Below are positions 10,821-22,698 of a stretch of 47,695 bases of DNA, in pieces. The position numbers and the translations under genes were made by a program. Source of the stretch: Psammoneis japonica (Eukaryota); the NCBI GenBank assembly GCA_008632985.1, contig QPGO01000096.1:248001-295695 (forward strand), read 5' to 3'. Within the stretch, counting starts at the first letter, position 1, and each line of letters opens with the position of its first letter. The notes under the pieces were generated by a model that was given only the letters and a program-made list of their open reading frames with translations, was not told the origin of the DNA and ran no database searches.

Positions 10821-13753
10821 TTAAAGACTGGCGCTACAACCAGATGGTGTCTCTTCACGTGGAATGTCCATTGCGGCGTGGCCATTAAACACATTCCAGG
10901 GCAAGAGTGAAAACGAAACTCCCAGTGTCGAAGAGATGAGAGGTACGTCTTCTGTTCGAGGTAGATGCTCCTTCCCCAGCGAAACCCATGCGATGAGATC
11001 CGTGTCTTCAACTGATTCTGCATCAGAAAGGAAATGATCAACGGATGTCGTGGGTTCGCCCGGACCAAAGAGATCATAAATGGATGTGAGCCTTTGCTCA
11101 TGTTCATGTCTCTGTATACCGTACGTTGTTCAAACAAACCAATGAGGGTAATTTAGGGAACAGTAGCCTGTGGTTCATCCAATGCGATATTGCTTCATTC
11201 ATACTCACCTTCGTTACTGCCAAAGTATACTTCGAATACGCCGCTGCCAACACGAAAGGATGGTCGTCTGGTAAAGTGTTCACAACAGTTGGACCGGGAA
11301 CAATGGCATAACCGGGATGGCGACTCCTTGACTGTCTGTTGTCACCTCCAGGACCATCCACGTCTTTGTTGATGATCCTGTATATCGTTGGATTTCGTGG
11401 ATCCACCACGGATGTCGAGACTCCAATTCCTTCATGAGAAACTGTTTCGGTGTCAATATACTTGGACGGGATCACGTCTGTACCCTCCACGTCCGGGATG
11501 GATCCAGTACGCAAGTGTAGTCTTTCAAACGAATTGGCTTCACCAAGGACATCCAGGTCAACCTTAAAAGCTGCGATATGTGAGTGGAGCGGTGCCGCTA
11601 GGTGCGTCTTTACGATTTCTGAAAGTCCAAAATGATCTCGTGGCCCCTCCTGCGGGTTCACGTTGGCATCGTAATAGCGGGTTTCGCAGTAACCTGCAAA
11701 ATTGAAGTTGACAGTAATCGAACCATCAAGGCCGAAACGGAACTCAGTAATGTAGTCATAGTTGCCAACCGACGCCGCATGGCGCAACACAAGATCCGTA
11801 TTTCGAACGCCGTCCGTCTTGCGACTCATGAGTTGCGTGTGCCTCCATAATGAACTACCGTGGTCATCTTCAAATACACATACCGACGTTACGGGTTTGG
11901 ATTCCATGACATCGAAGACGGGCTGCCCGTCCACAAAGCTGTAAGGCACGGAGGCGAGGTCCAAGTAGGTTGCATCCCATGGACAATCGACGCCACGCAG
12001 CATGTTTCCTGCAAGCTGTGACATGGAAAAGGCCGAGTCAAGCCAGTACACCTGTTCGCCATTGACAACGTCCCCACTGTAAAATGCCGCAGCCTCGGAT
12101 AGTGCCAACTCGTACGCCACACTCTTGTCCTTGAAATGAATGTCGTATGCTACCAATCCCGTGGAGGGACGCACGGTTGTGAAAAACTTCCAGCCCTGCC
12201 ACTCCACATAACGACCAACAGAAGATTCATCAACCCCTGCGGTAGAAAGAGTGTAGCGCGGTATGCCACTCGGGGAAGAAACAAGTCGTGCAGCCATGCT
12301 CCCATCAGGAGACCATCGACCATGCTGATCTGAGGCTGCCCCCGGAATGTCCCAATCGCCAGGCTTTCTTCCGGTATCCTTCAAAAGGTCACGCACGTCG
12401 CATTCAAACTTGGATGGGTTGGCTTTTACAGCCTTTAGGACGTCGTCTGGAGTAGCAAAAGGCCCTCGCATACAGAGATGGATATCATAGGCCTTGTACT
12501 GTGACGGTTTTCCGTTGCCCTGGTCCATAATGAAGCTAAAAGGCAAGGGATGCAAAAAGGCTGCCTGAAACTCGTTTGGATCACGGAACCAAACAAAGCC
12601 GATTCGCAAAATGCGGTTGGTCGAGTTGGACAAAACGTGGTTGAACCCAAAGGGAAATGCAAAGCCATACTTGTCAACCACTTCAAGCGCGCTAGGATCA
12701 CACTCGGTCCCACAGACCAAAGGTTCAAAGATGGGTCCCATCAACTTCTCCAAGATCGGCAACAGGGGTTTTACGGTTTCGGTAATGAGCTTGTCCTGGG
12801 TTGTATCGGAAAAATCGGTTGGCCGCTTGGCCCATGGCACTTGTCCAGGCTTGAGAAGCGGTGTGAGACAATCAATCCCCTTACATTCACCGTCTAGGCC
12901 ACCGACGCTAATGTTCGTATGGCAATCACCTACGTCGCAACCATGAATGGGGCCCACCTATAATTTAAATGCATGTTTCTTAGAGATACATCATGGATGG
13001 AAGAAAACAAAACACATCCCAGACAACAAGAACAACGCACCTTGTACTCCATGACGTCGCCCTTGGAACCCCTCACGACTGTTACACGTGCAAACCTCGG
13101 TGGGGGATTCTCTGTGTCACCGTTAATGTACTCCAGGGCCTGAGCCTTGGGTACCGGGTAGAGAGAAACCGCGTCTGCTCCGGAAAGAAAATCGCCACCA
13201 TTGATGCTCTCGTCGTTCAAAGAAGCCGCCGTACCAGAAGTTTGAACGTTGTCAAGCACCGTGGTGACGAACTCTGCAATCGAAATGGTCTGACGAATAA
13301 TTGGGGATAAGGTTATTTGAGAACTACTCTAGTAAAATAGCGGAAGCGCCAATGTTGTTTCATGCTGTGTACGAGTACCAGCAGCTTACGTACCTCGGCG
13401 GTTGATAGTTCTCCAAGGATCCAATGTCGCTCACTTCCAACATGTGGAAACGGCATTTGTTGCTTGGAAATTTCACTCTCGTCACTCTGCACAGCAAGAC
13501 AGGACATTGCCTCAATACGTTTGTGGGAAGATCCAAGCAAATAACCGATCAGTATGGAAACAATAGATGTTGCGAGAATGCAAAGAAGGAGCCCCGTCCA
13601 TGACATCACTTTGGTGGATCTGTCGACGAGGTTTTTCGTGCCGTTTTTCTTGTTCTCATTGTCGTGGAGCAACAGCGAGGATTCCTCGGCTGCTAACACT
13701 GATTCAGGATCATCGTTGGGGCTTTGAAGAGGGGCACCGGTGGACACTGCCAT
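10821..13753 (-). CDS. Copper/TPQ amine oxidase, type-II membrane-anchored; exons 13394-13753, 13041-13289, 11209-12957, 10821-11111
   Basis: TPQ motif SVGNYDY, copper ligands LHSH and HLPRTED, and an N-terminal TM helix TGLLLCILATSIVSILIGYLLG. Three GT-AG introns join in frame. Confidence 0.92.
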
Positions 13754-14062
13754 GTTGTCTTTCACAAGTTTATTCTTCCCAGCGCATTATGCCTTTTACG
13801 GATTCACGGATCGTATCTTTGACATCAGAAATCAGAATACCGTAGGTAGCTAGCTAGAACTCCAAACTTTCGACTTCACGTTTTGATTTTTTGTTTTTGC
13901 TGCCCTCCGCCTGCGAAGCCGCACGCAATCGATGGTTGCAATCCGTGATTGTTGGGAGAAAGTTAACGATTTTATAACGCTGGGATCCGGTGTTAATTTT
14001 TATAAAAAATTGTCATAGAAATTTGCTACTTTTAATTATGACAATTGTTAGGTATTTCGTAG

Positions 14063-14200
14063 TAAGACCGTCTTAAGACCGTCTTAAGACCGTCTTAAGA
14101 CCGTCTTAAGACCGAAATATATATAAGGATGAATATAATTCAATACTCTTTTAAACGGTCTTAAGACGGTCTTAAGACGATCTTAAGACGGTCTTAAGAC
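14063..14200. repeat. Foldback array: (TCTTAAGACCG)x4.7, a 41-bp AT-rich spacer, then (CGGTCTTAAGA)x4 inverted
   Basis: Left arm 14063-14114, right arm 14156-14200 with one mismatch. Each unit contains the 10-bp palindrome GTCTTAAGAC. Confidence 0.95.
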
Positions 14201-14755
14201 TTCAAGTTGACGTCAGTTTTCTAAAATTTGTACATAGAGATTTACGTCAGCTACTGAAACGCAAAATTTGCGAATCGCAAATTAAAATTTATAAAAACAG
14301 CTCGAATTTTTTCACGATGAAAGCACGTGCGAGGTCTCTGAGTGCTTCATTTTTCGCTTCAAATGAGCAAATGCTGCTGTTTCGACAACCGAAGGTCTGT
14401 AAGTGACATGAAATAACAAACCAATCAGATTGTTGTCATTATGAAGAGCTACATGACTTTTTGTTTGTGAGGAAAGGCGGTGTAATCATCCAAAAAGGTC
14501 ATTTTTTGTTGAAATCTTGCGATGCGTCGGCATGAGTTGCTGTCACGAGAAGGCAATTTCCTTTGAAAATAAGGATTTCTTGTCATTTCTCATGCATCAT
14601 ATCTTTTCTTAATCGAAGTAGAAAGAACGCCTGCACCTTGAATTGCACCAGAGGATGTTGGCCGCGTCGCAAAGACGATCTTGGAGGGTGACAAGGGTCG
14701 TTTCTCGACTCGCCGCGCGATGATTGTGCGGGGATTCGGAATTTGTCGCAAATTT

Positions 14756-15006
14756 TCATCGTGGAACCCCGCAAATACGCGGGGACCCTCCTGTAGAGGT
14801 CTACGCTCATTTTTGTATGTGGTACTGAAACATGTAGCCTACATACGCAAAACTGGTACAGTTTCTACGACAAAATTTCGAAAAAACGCCTAGTTCGCGA
14901 GATAGCTCTGGTACAAAACCTACGTAAAGAGTCCCCATACATGCACGTACAATTCTACACTTTTCCGGGTTACGGGTCCCCGCGTATTTGTGGGGTTCCA
15001 CGATGA
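14756..15006. mobile_element. MITE-like non-autonomous DNA element, ~251 bp
   Basis: 33-bp terminal inverted repeats TCATCGTGGAACCCC(G/A)CAAATACGCGGGGACCC (14756-14788 and 14974-15006, one mismatch). Flanked by ATTT on both sides (14752-14755, 15007-15010), a possible 4-bp TSD. No coding capacity. Confidence 0.75.
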
Positions 15007-15405
15007 ATTTGAAATTTTCCGATGTCGCAAATTTTTCGATTCGGCAGTTCAGTGGAGAAAAATTTAAAATTGCAATCTCAATCTTCGGAAACCATCAGCG
15101 CCACGGCAGGGACTGCCGTAAAAAAACGCACACCATGACGAGAGCCGTCTTGTGGACGTTTTCTTTCACCATTAATGCAAGATGTATCACAGTGATACTA
15201 AAGGAACAATTTTTTCTTCTACACTCGAGAGTGACACTGTATCTTCAATTTATTCATAGGAACGCTGGACAGACCTCATCATCACATTTTTCAGCTTTCA
15301 GCTCAGATCATCAACCATGGCCATCTGGCACTACACCACTTGCATACATACTGTCGCCTTCTATAGATAGGCTAATTGTACATACTGTAAAACACGACAA
15401 GTAAA

Positions 15406-17046
15406 ATGGCAAAGCGGTCAGATGAAAAACCGAATGTTTTGCTCATCATGGCGGACGACATGGGCTTTTCAGACATTGGCTGCTTTGGGTCTGAAATCGA
15501 AACGCCTAATCTTGATGCACTCGGATTGAATGGAATACGATTCAGTCAAATGTACAATTGTGCTCGATGCTGTCCTTCTAGAGCCAGTCTCATGACGGGT
15601 CTGTACCCTCATCAATCCGGTGTTGGACACATGGTTCATGACCATGGTGTTGGAAAGGCGTACCAAGGTTATCTACGAAGAGACTGCGCGACTATTGCAG
15701 AAGTTATGAAAGCCGGCGGATACGAAACGTACATGAGTGGGAAATGGCATTGTGGTGGAGACTACCCTCCCCATTTGCCTAAATACTGGATCAGAAAGGC
15801 GGGAAATGAAAGGCACCCACTGCCTGTGCAGCGAGGATTTGATGAGCACTATGGTACACTGGGAGGAGCAGGCAGCTATTATGATCCGCCATCACTTATT
15901 CACAACACTGAAATCCAGATAGAGACACCTGACGACTACTATTATACAGATTCAATCAATGACGAAGCGTGTCGCATGATTCGCGATGCAAATGGGCCCT
16001 TTTTTCTTTATGTAGCGCACTTGGCCCCTCACTGGCCGCTTCACGCTCCGCCAGAGGTGATATCCAAATACAGAGGCAGATACAAACAAGGTTGGGACGA
16101 GCTCCGGCAACAACGATATGAGAGACTAAAGCAAATGGGTATTGTTAAAGACCATTGGGCTTGTTCTCCACTTGACGTCAATGCCGTACCTTGGAAAGAA
16201 GCGAAGCACAAGGACTGGAACGATGCTCGTATGGCGACTTATGCAGCCATGATTGATGTAATGGATTCTGGTATTGGTCGCATTGTGAAAGCTCTCAAAG
16301 ACAAAGGTGTGTTTGACGACACTATCATTATATTTCTCTCTGATAATGGTGGATGCGCCGAGTTCCTAAAAGAGGATGGGGACGAAGGTCATTGGCCTGA
16401 ATTCTATGGCACTGTTGCTAGCGACGGGACGCAAACGATAGTTGGCAACAATCCTGATCGAACCCCAGGAGGAAGGGATACCTTTATGAGCTATGATCTT
16501 CCATGGGCAAACGCATCGAATACGCCGTTTCGCTTGTTCAAGAGCTGGGTACACGAGGGCGGAATTGCAACTCCCTTTTTCATTCACTGGCCAAAAGGCA
16601 TAAGCACCAGCCCTGGCCGCATTCATCACGAGCCTTGGATCATGCTTGACGTTGTAGCTACAATATATGATATTTGCGGCGTCGAGTACCCGTCTCATCT
16701 TGTAGGAGAGAGAATCCCGAAACTGGAAGGCGAGAGCTTTGCACCGGTTTTGACGAGCAATGAAAGTGGACGCAAACAGCCAATCTTTTGGGAGCACCAG
16801 GGCAATCGCGCCGTGCGGGAAGCAAACTGGAAACTGGTAAACATGCATGATTCGGAATGGGAACTGTTCGATATGGACAATGATCGAACTGAATTAAACA
16901 ACTTGGCATCGGAGCAACCCGGGCGCGTGCAGAAAATGATTAAAATGTGGGAGCAATGGGCAGCTCGCTGTGAAGTAAAGCCATGGCCGCTACACGAAAT
17001 ACCCGAGGGTGAAAGAGACTGGTCCCATGTTCCTTGGCTTTGGTAG
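15406..17046 (+). CDS. Arylsulfatase (Cys-type, formylglycine-dependent), intronless and bacterial-like, with no signal peptide
   Basis: Motifs KPNVLLIMADDMGFSD, CCPSRASLMTG (CxPxR), GKWH, APHWPLHAP, SDNG, HEGGIATP and WELFDMDNDRTELNNLA. Confidence 0.95.
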   Translation: MAKRSDEKPNVLLIMADDMGFSDIGCFGSEIETPNLDALGLNGIRFSQMYNCARCCPSRASLMTGLYPHQSGVGHMVHDHGVGKAYQGYLRRDCATIAEVMKAGGYETYMSGKWHCGGDYPPHLPKYWIRKAGNERHPLPVQRGFDEHYGTLGGAGSYYDPPSLIHNTEIQIETPDDYYYTDSINDEACRMIRDANGPFFLYVAHLAPHWPLHAPPEVISKYRGRYKQGWDELRQQRYERLKQMGIVKDHWACSPLDVNAVPWKEAKHKDWNDARMATYAAMIDVMDSGIGRIVKALKDKGVFDDTIIIFLSDNGGCAEFLKEDGDEGHWPEFYGTVASDGTQTIVGNNPDRTPGGRDTFMSYDLPWANASNTPFRLFKSWVHEGGIATPFFIHWPKGISTSPGRIHHEPWIMLDVVATIYDICGVEYPSHLVGERIPKLEGESFAPVLTSNESGRKQPIFWEHQGNRAVREANWKLVNMHDSEWELFDMDNDRTELNNLASEQPGRVQKMIKMWEQWAARCEVKPWPLHEIPEGERDWSHVPWLW

Positions 17047-17749
17047 GAGTCTACTTCTATTGCATGCGATACGTGCCGAAGCAAGTCAGTGCCGTACATA
17101 CCGGTAGGCTGCCATCTATTGGGTGGCTTTTCAAAAGTCCAATGCCACGACCTTTGTTGCGAAAGCGTTGGGGCACACCGCAAGAACAGGGTCACCTTCG
17201 TGTTTATTCCAGTTGCAAATATCTTCTGCCGCAGGTAGTCCGATTGGTTCGGTCCAAGTAGGAGTCTGCGTTGCATTGTAAAGTTCCAGTATTGAACATT
17301 GTCTTCTAATAGCCACGGTTGATCGATCAACCTTCTTTCCCAATCTCCAGCGCCCCTTTTATGTGGAGCGCAAGTGGCGCCAAAACGCTCTTGCTTTATT
17401 TTGGGTGCGTTTTGGAATTGCTTCAGCATTACCGTGCAGAATACTCACCTCCGTCGCGGAGTTTGTTGTGAGCTGGCTGAGGCAACATCACCCTTCAAGT
17501 ACTACGGCAGCTATGGCTAGATAGCTATCCAGTTCTACAGCTCAAGCTCAAATTGCCTGCTATGAATCAAACACTATTTACTTGTTATTCATTGACTAAG
17601 TTGGGCTATCGATGGCAGTTCTGTTCAATGAATGAGTTGCTCGAACGGATGTGTTTGTGCTTTGTGTTGGAGATGTCTACCCATGGTCAACGGTCTCTAT
17701 ACGCGACCCTGTTGTGTCCCAGTGAGCAGCTTTACAACAGCATTTTCTT

Positions 17750-18825
17750 TTCATTGAGCTGAGGGGAAGGGATGGCTAATTCTCAAGTTCGGTACCTTGA
17801 AAAAATCCCCGAGTCGTTGTCCGAAGTGGAGGCTGTACAAGATGCAAGTTGAATCTTGCACCTGGGATGGAAACGATCGATTCTTTTGCGTGGCTCTCTT
17901 TGACATGTTGATCATTTTCTTTTTCGTTGATTTGCCCATTTCCCTCCAACATGGGGGTCTCACTGGTACCTCCAAGTAGAGAATGGTTGGAGGAGAATGG
18001 TTGGATATAACTTTGGCAAGAAGAGCCCCAAAGACTTCCAGGATGCTGCTCCAGTTCCGTCCGTATAGAATTATACACCGTTCCACCCCACTTCTCAAAA
18101 AAACTGTACCAAAGTCGCCTGGATAGGTGATCCGTTCTTCACCTTCCTGGCTCGAGATGCCGATGCTTCCATCAGACACAGTAGCTAACTCGTGCGTCTC
18201 GTTCGTCGAACGTGTTTCCACACCTACATGAAATGCACGGCGACTAGCACCAAAGCCGACTAGAACGCTGCCCGCCTGCTGACCACTGATATGGCATTTG
18301 GCAGTTGAACGACCTTTGTCGAGCTGGACGCCACGTTTGTTGTCGAGGGTGGCGTCACTTCGATGTTGTCATCAAATTCGAAGACGACCGAATCTGTGGA
18401 GAGCGACCAAGAGACGACATTTCCAATCTTATAGGCAGCAAAACAATCGAAATAAGTTTTCTGGTTCGACTCGTCCTCCTCTGTACGTACCGCCCGGGGA
18501 CCGGGGAATCGGCCAGTGTCGCCGTCAGCCCATAGTATTTGCCGTCTCTGTAAAAAAAACAAAAAACAAAACCCAGCGTCGCAGAGGTACCGTCTCTGGC
18601 GCAGATCCAGTCGACTCCACACAACGGGCGGCTGGGTTTGTTGGGCATTTCTGTGATTCGATCTGCACGACCCCGAGTCCACTCCTGCTTCAATTCGTCG
18701 AAATTGATGGTCTGCGGGATCGCTGCATTCTTTTTGCTTTTTTGGCGTTTTGGCGGGAAGAACCGCAGCACCTTCCGCATTATCAGCTTGGTTACGCCTT
18801 CGCTCACCGGCACTCTCTAGCCATG
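17750..18825 (-). pseudogene. Fragmented ORFs with trypsin-like peptidase-style motifs; possible decayed or frameshifted gene
   Basis: ATLGFVFCFFYRDGKYYGLTA, STDSVVFEFD and ITYPGDFGTVFL occur in the order expected for GTLG..YGLTxxH / D / GDSG, but in different frames and without the catalytic His or Ser. Confidence 0.35.
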
Positions 18826-19400
18826 GCTGCGCGTGCGTTTGTAGTCCAACCCAAAAAAGATTGCACTCAAAACCCAACAGTCAGTGAGTGGTTCGCAACC
18901 CGAGCGCAAAAGAAACGGTGTGGCAAGGGCACATAACACAAAAGCACATTGCTTGGCAGGCAATAGAGGACAGAAAGGATGAACTGGGGATGGAAGCGGT
19001 CGTCATTGTCCTGCCCCAGCCCCGGCATCACATTTCAGAAGTTTCAAGTTCAGAAAAAAAATGTGTCCACGTGCGTTGAGAGTTTTATCCACGAATGAAC
19101 TGAATCGTGCCAATGTTTACTTTAATCCTCATGTATGATGAACATCATATCAAAATTTTGAGTTGGTCCCGTGTGAAAATGACAGGAGCTTGTGGAGATT
19201 CACTCCGTCACATCAGTTCGCCAACACTTTAGCATCACGTTTCAACGAAGAATACTTTATTCTCGCTGAAAACGAGCCATTTGATTTATCATCCGCGGCA
19301 CTGGCTTCGCAAGATCGAACTGCAAAGTTTGCAAGGAGAGGAGAAAACAACTGTCTGTGATCATTACTAGCGTAGAGCAACGAATGCAGACGCAACAAGA

Positions 19401-20597
19401 ATGTGGAAAACGAAGTTGCAATCCTACATAACGCCAAATAGGACATCTCCGCCAGTCATCAAGTCGTCCGGGATAAGAGATGGGCGCTTAAAAGTATCTT
19501 CTGGGATCGCCGACGACCGACTAAAGGTTGCATCCGAGCGATTCTACGAATTTCGCTTGAAGCTAACACACCTTCTCGACGTGACCAGTGCTCATCTATC
19601 TGACCTGAAACGCAGCGCGAGGAGCCGTGCGTTGGTTATGGAGGCACTGAATGACGTGAGTCAAGATTCACCGCTGGTCAGCTTGGTGGGGGGTAAAACC
19701 GTGAGTTTAGGCCAGGAAAAGGTCCCATCGTATGCCTCAGCCCTACAAGCTCAGGACACATCTGCGCAACTCGAAAGGTATGAACGCGAGCTGGTTTCGT
19801 ATATTCGAGATTGGGAGAAGACCGTATCGACGCGAGTGGCAACGGAGCTGAAGCACATTCAGACTTTGTACAAAACTTTGGAACGGTATCACCAAAAGGT
19901 GGAGAGTCTCAAATTGTCCACGCAAAAGAAAAAGCAAACCTCCGAATCGCTCGAAGACAAGCTCGCATGGAACGAGAGCAAGCTGCGAACTGCCAAGAAG
20001 GAATACCGACGCAATCTTGTAGCGGTAACGCTGTTGATCGAGGAAGTCACGGATAGAGGTTGGAAGGATCTTGTGCCTCTCATGATACGGCTTATTGATT
20101 CTGACATTCACGTTATGAAAAATGCGGCAAATGTTCTGTCTACTCTCTCTAATGTGCGAGAGGAAATGGTCGAACTTTCTCGCAGATATGAAATGGACTT
20201 TGAAGCCGTACATACAGGGCGACTACGAGTTCTTCGAGAGGAAGACGCTATCGACTTTGTTGATCCAGGAGATCTCCAGGATTTGGACAGCACCATTGCA
20301 GGCAGTCTAGATGGACGTGGTTTGAGAGGATCAGTAGCGACTCCATCAACTCATTTACTCAAGGAATCAGCAGTAGCCTTGACTCCCAACAGCAGTGACA
20401 CGGATTCGCCGCGCATGAGCCCTATCAACGAAACTGAACAGCAGCCCGTCGAACCCTCTGAAGATGAAGCCAAGGACGAATCTAGCGCTGTTCCGAACTA
20501 TCCAAGCTCAATTTATCTCTCATATCCAGAAGGAGGGACATGCGCAGTAGACGATGAAACGACACTAACGGGAGTGGCGGATCTGGTTTCTGTGTAG
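19401..20597 (+). CDS. Coiled-coil protein, BAR-domain-like
   Basis: Intact 398-aa ORF with long amphipathic helices (YERELVSYIRDWEKTV...YHQKVESLK...KLAWNESKLRTAKKEY) and an acidic disordered tail. Confidence 0.6.
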   Translation: MWKTKLQSYITPNRTSPPVIKSSGIRDGRLKVSSGIADDRLKVASERFYEFRLKLTHLLDVTSAHLSDLKRSARSRALVMEALNDVSQDSPLVSLVGGKTVSLGQEKVPSYASALQAQDTSAQLERYERELVSYIRDWEKTVSTRVATELKHIQTLYKTLERYHQKVESLKLSTQKKKQTSESLEDKLAWNESKLRTAKKEYRRNLVAVTLLIEEVTDRGWKDLVPLMIRLIDSDIHVMKNAANVLSTLSNVREEMVELSRRYEMDFEAVHTGRLRVLREEDAIDFVDPGDLQDLDSTIAGSLDGRGLRGSVATPSTHLLKESAVALTPNSSDTDSPRMSPINETEQQPVEPSEDEAKDESSAVPNYPSSIYLSYPEGGTCAVDDETTLTGVADLVSV

Positions 20598-21314
20598 TAA
20601 GTACGTTCGTAGATAGTGTTGATTAAGTTTAGGTCATTCATAACATTTTGTTTCATGTTTTTCTTGGGCTAGGGCTAAAAACGTTCAAATACCACGTTTA
20701 GAATCTTTTCAGTTCTGTTTGTTTATAAAATCGAGTTTGTGCTTTTTCACAGCCCCAAACGAGAAAGCTCGGGCTCCAGTCTAGGGCTCCAACCTTGTAG
20801 CTTTTCTCTCTTCAGACAAATTCTATTTTAATTTCGAAACCACAAGTAATGACACGGAAACCTTTCCATTCTCATACAGCATGTAGAGGGTTTGAATGCT
20901 GGACGCAAAGCAAACGACGAAGTTTTTGTCCTTGGCACACAAATTTTTCGGATGCCAAAGTGACTAAAAACGTTGGAACTTCAAGTTCTTTCTACGTTTG
21001 ACTCAGTATTACTTTTACATACGAAGATTGGATACGATTGTTCCGGTACTTTCACGACCATAATGTCCTTTTTCTCAAGTAGGACGTTTAGTAGGATTCT
21101 ACCGTAAAGACATTCTTCTCTTAGCGGTGGCTTTAGCAGGGGGAGGGAACGGCGGCGGGCGGCGGCAGAGAGAGATGGGGAGGAACAACAGAGTACAGAG
21201 TCTATCTTTTCAGCAGTCCGGGAGTGTGAGGGCTGCGATACAATTGTGGGGTATCTTTTTGATTCATTATATATATTGCTCTCTAACCATATCATCCTTG
21301 GATGACGTCTAGTC

Positions 21315-22295
21315 ATGTTTTTTGATCCGTTCATGACGATGCCGGGGCATTCAGTGTCGTGTCCCACGAGCCTCGCAAATCCCGACGAGAATGAAGCTTG
21401 GATGAGCCTGTGTAGAGATCCGCAGTGGAACTATAAAGCGGAGAACAGAGATTCTGTTGAAGACATGTGGTTCGCCAATGACTGGGATTACAACGGAACC
21501 CAATCTGAGCAAGAATTTGCCATGAAAATCACATCCGTACCTGCCCCAGAAGGAATACACCCCGGAGCTCTGGCTCCCAAGTTTGTCTTGGATGCCACTC
21601 CAATCGAAGAACCAGAAGACGAGGATTTGGAGGTGTACATGAGACGTTTGATTTGCTTTGTTTGCAAACGCTTTGTCGTCATATCAAGGCCGAGCGCTGA
21701 TGGCAATGAGCACCTCTCGCGCACCGGTGGGTTGCCTAACGAGGGAGTTCGCTATTGGTGGCGATATTGGGACAACGAAGGAACCGTCTATCAGATTGTG
21801 ATGGAGAAGTTTCGAGCTTGTGCGAATGTCGAGAGAGGGCCAGAAAGCCATATTGATTTGCTCTCTGCAACCGAGATGCATGGCCAGCCGCCCGGGGAAT
21901 TCTCACCACCGCCAGGACAACTCCTCTGGTTGCGAATTCCCAGACACATGACGTCCACAGGCAAAGAGTGCACTGACATGGCGTCTTTTTTCCAATTCAT
22001 GTGGTCCTTCTGTCATCGTGGCACCACGTTGGTGCCACTGTGGGATGCCAATCTCTTGACGCTATCAGGTCTGGCCGGAGTTCCCCTCCAAAAGTGCTGC
22101 CGAGCGTGCAATAGCAAAGTCGAAGCGCAATTGAAACAATGTGAGCAGTGCAAACTCGTCTTTTACTGTCAGAATGGGGAATGCAGGACAGATGATAGGG
22201 GGGATCATTGGGAAATGTGTAAGTATTTTGAAACAAACGAAGAGGAGGTTACGTCAGCCAATAAGCGGGCAAGAGTCGATGACCAGGAATCTTGA
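21315..22295 (+). CDS. Protein with C-terminal MYND-type zinc finger
   Basis: CRAC...CEQCKLVFYCQNGECRTDDRGDHWEMC fits the MYND Cys/His spacing. Confidence 0.75.
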   Translation: MFFDPFMTMPGHSVSCPTSLANPDENEAWMSLCRDPQWNYKAENRDSVEDMWFANDWDYNGTQSEQEFAMKITSVPAPEGIHPGALAPKFVLDATPIEEPEDEDLEVYMRRLICFVCKRFVVISRPSADGNEHLSRTGGLPNEGVRYWWRYWDNEGTVYQIVMEKFRACANVERGPESHIDLLSATEMHGQPPGEFSPPPGQLLWLRIPRHMTSTGKECTDMASFFQFMWSFCHRGTTLVPLWDANLLTLSGLAGVPLQKCCRACNSKVEAQLKQCEQCKLVFYCQNGECRTDDRGDHWEMCKYFETNEEEVTSANKRARVDDQES

Positions 22296-22698
22296 ACGCT
22301 GTATATGAATGGCTTGTGGGGGAATATCGAGCCACGCAAACTTGGCAAATTGTGCACCTGAGTCTCTCAGCTAGTTCACAAGTCTCGCTGCAATGTTTGG
22401 TGATAAACTGCATTTATTTAGTTTGAACGGCATGTATCCAACAATACCGTCCCTGCGCTGGAAAGGAGTTGTTTGTCGTCATTAGCTGTAGACTGTAGAC
22501 TATTCTTCAGTGATTTGAACTGTTCTTCACGCATTTCGCCGCCGCTATCCTCCGCAGAGCCTTCACGTCGTTCGTCGCCCTCATCATTTTTGTTGCTCGC
22601 GTCGTCTGCTCGTCGTGTCGTTGCGCGTCAAAAAGATATGCTATATTGCGACAGCAAACCACATAAAAAACAGCAGCAGCAGCAGCAGTAACGACACC

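Noticed and set aside
14063..14200. CRISPR-like or telomere-like array
   Set aside because: The units are contiguous 11-mers with no unique spacers, there are no cas genes, the context is eukaryotic, and the unit is not a G-rich telomeric repeat.
16695..17429. 244-aa antisense ORF overlapping the sulfatase 3' end
   Set aside because: The overlapping part is simply the antisense frame of a conserved gene, with no recognisable domain.
20660..20980. Short repeats (GGGCTCCA twice, CTAAAAACGTT twice) as a small mobile element
   Set aside because: Too short, with no convincing TIR or TSD.
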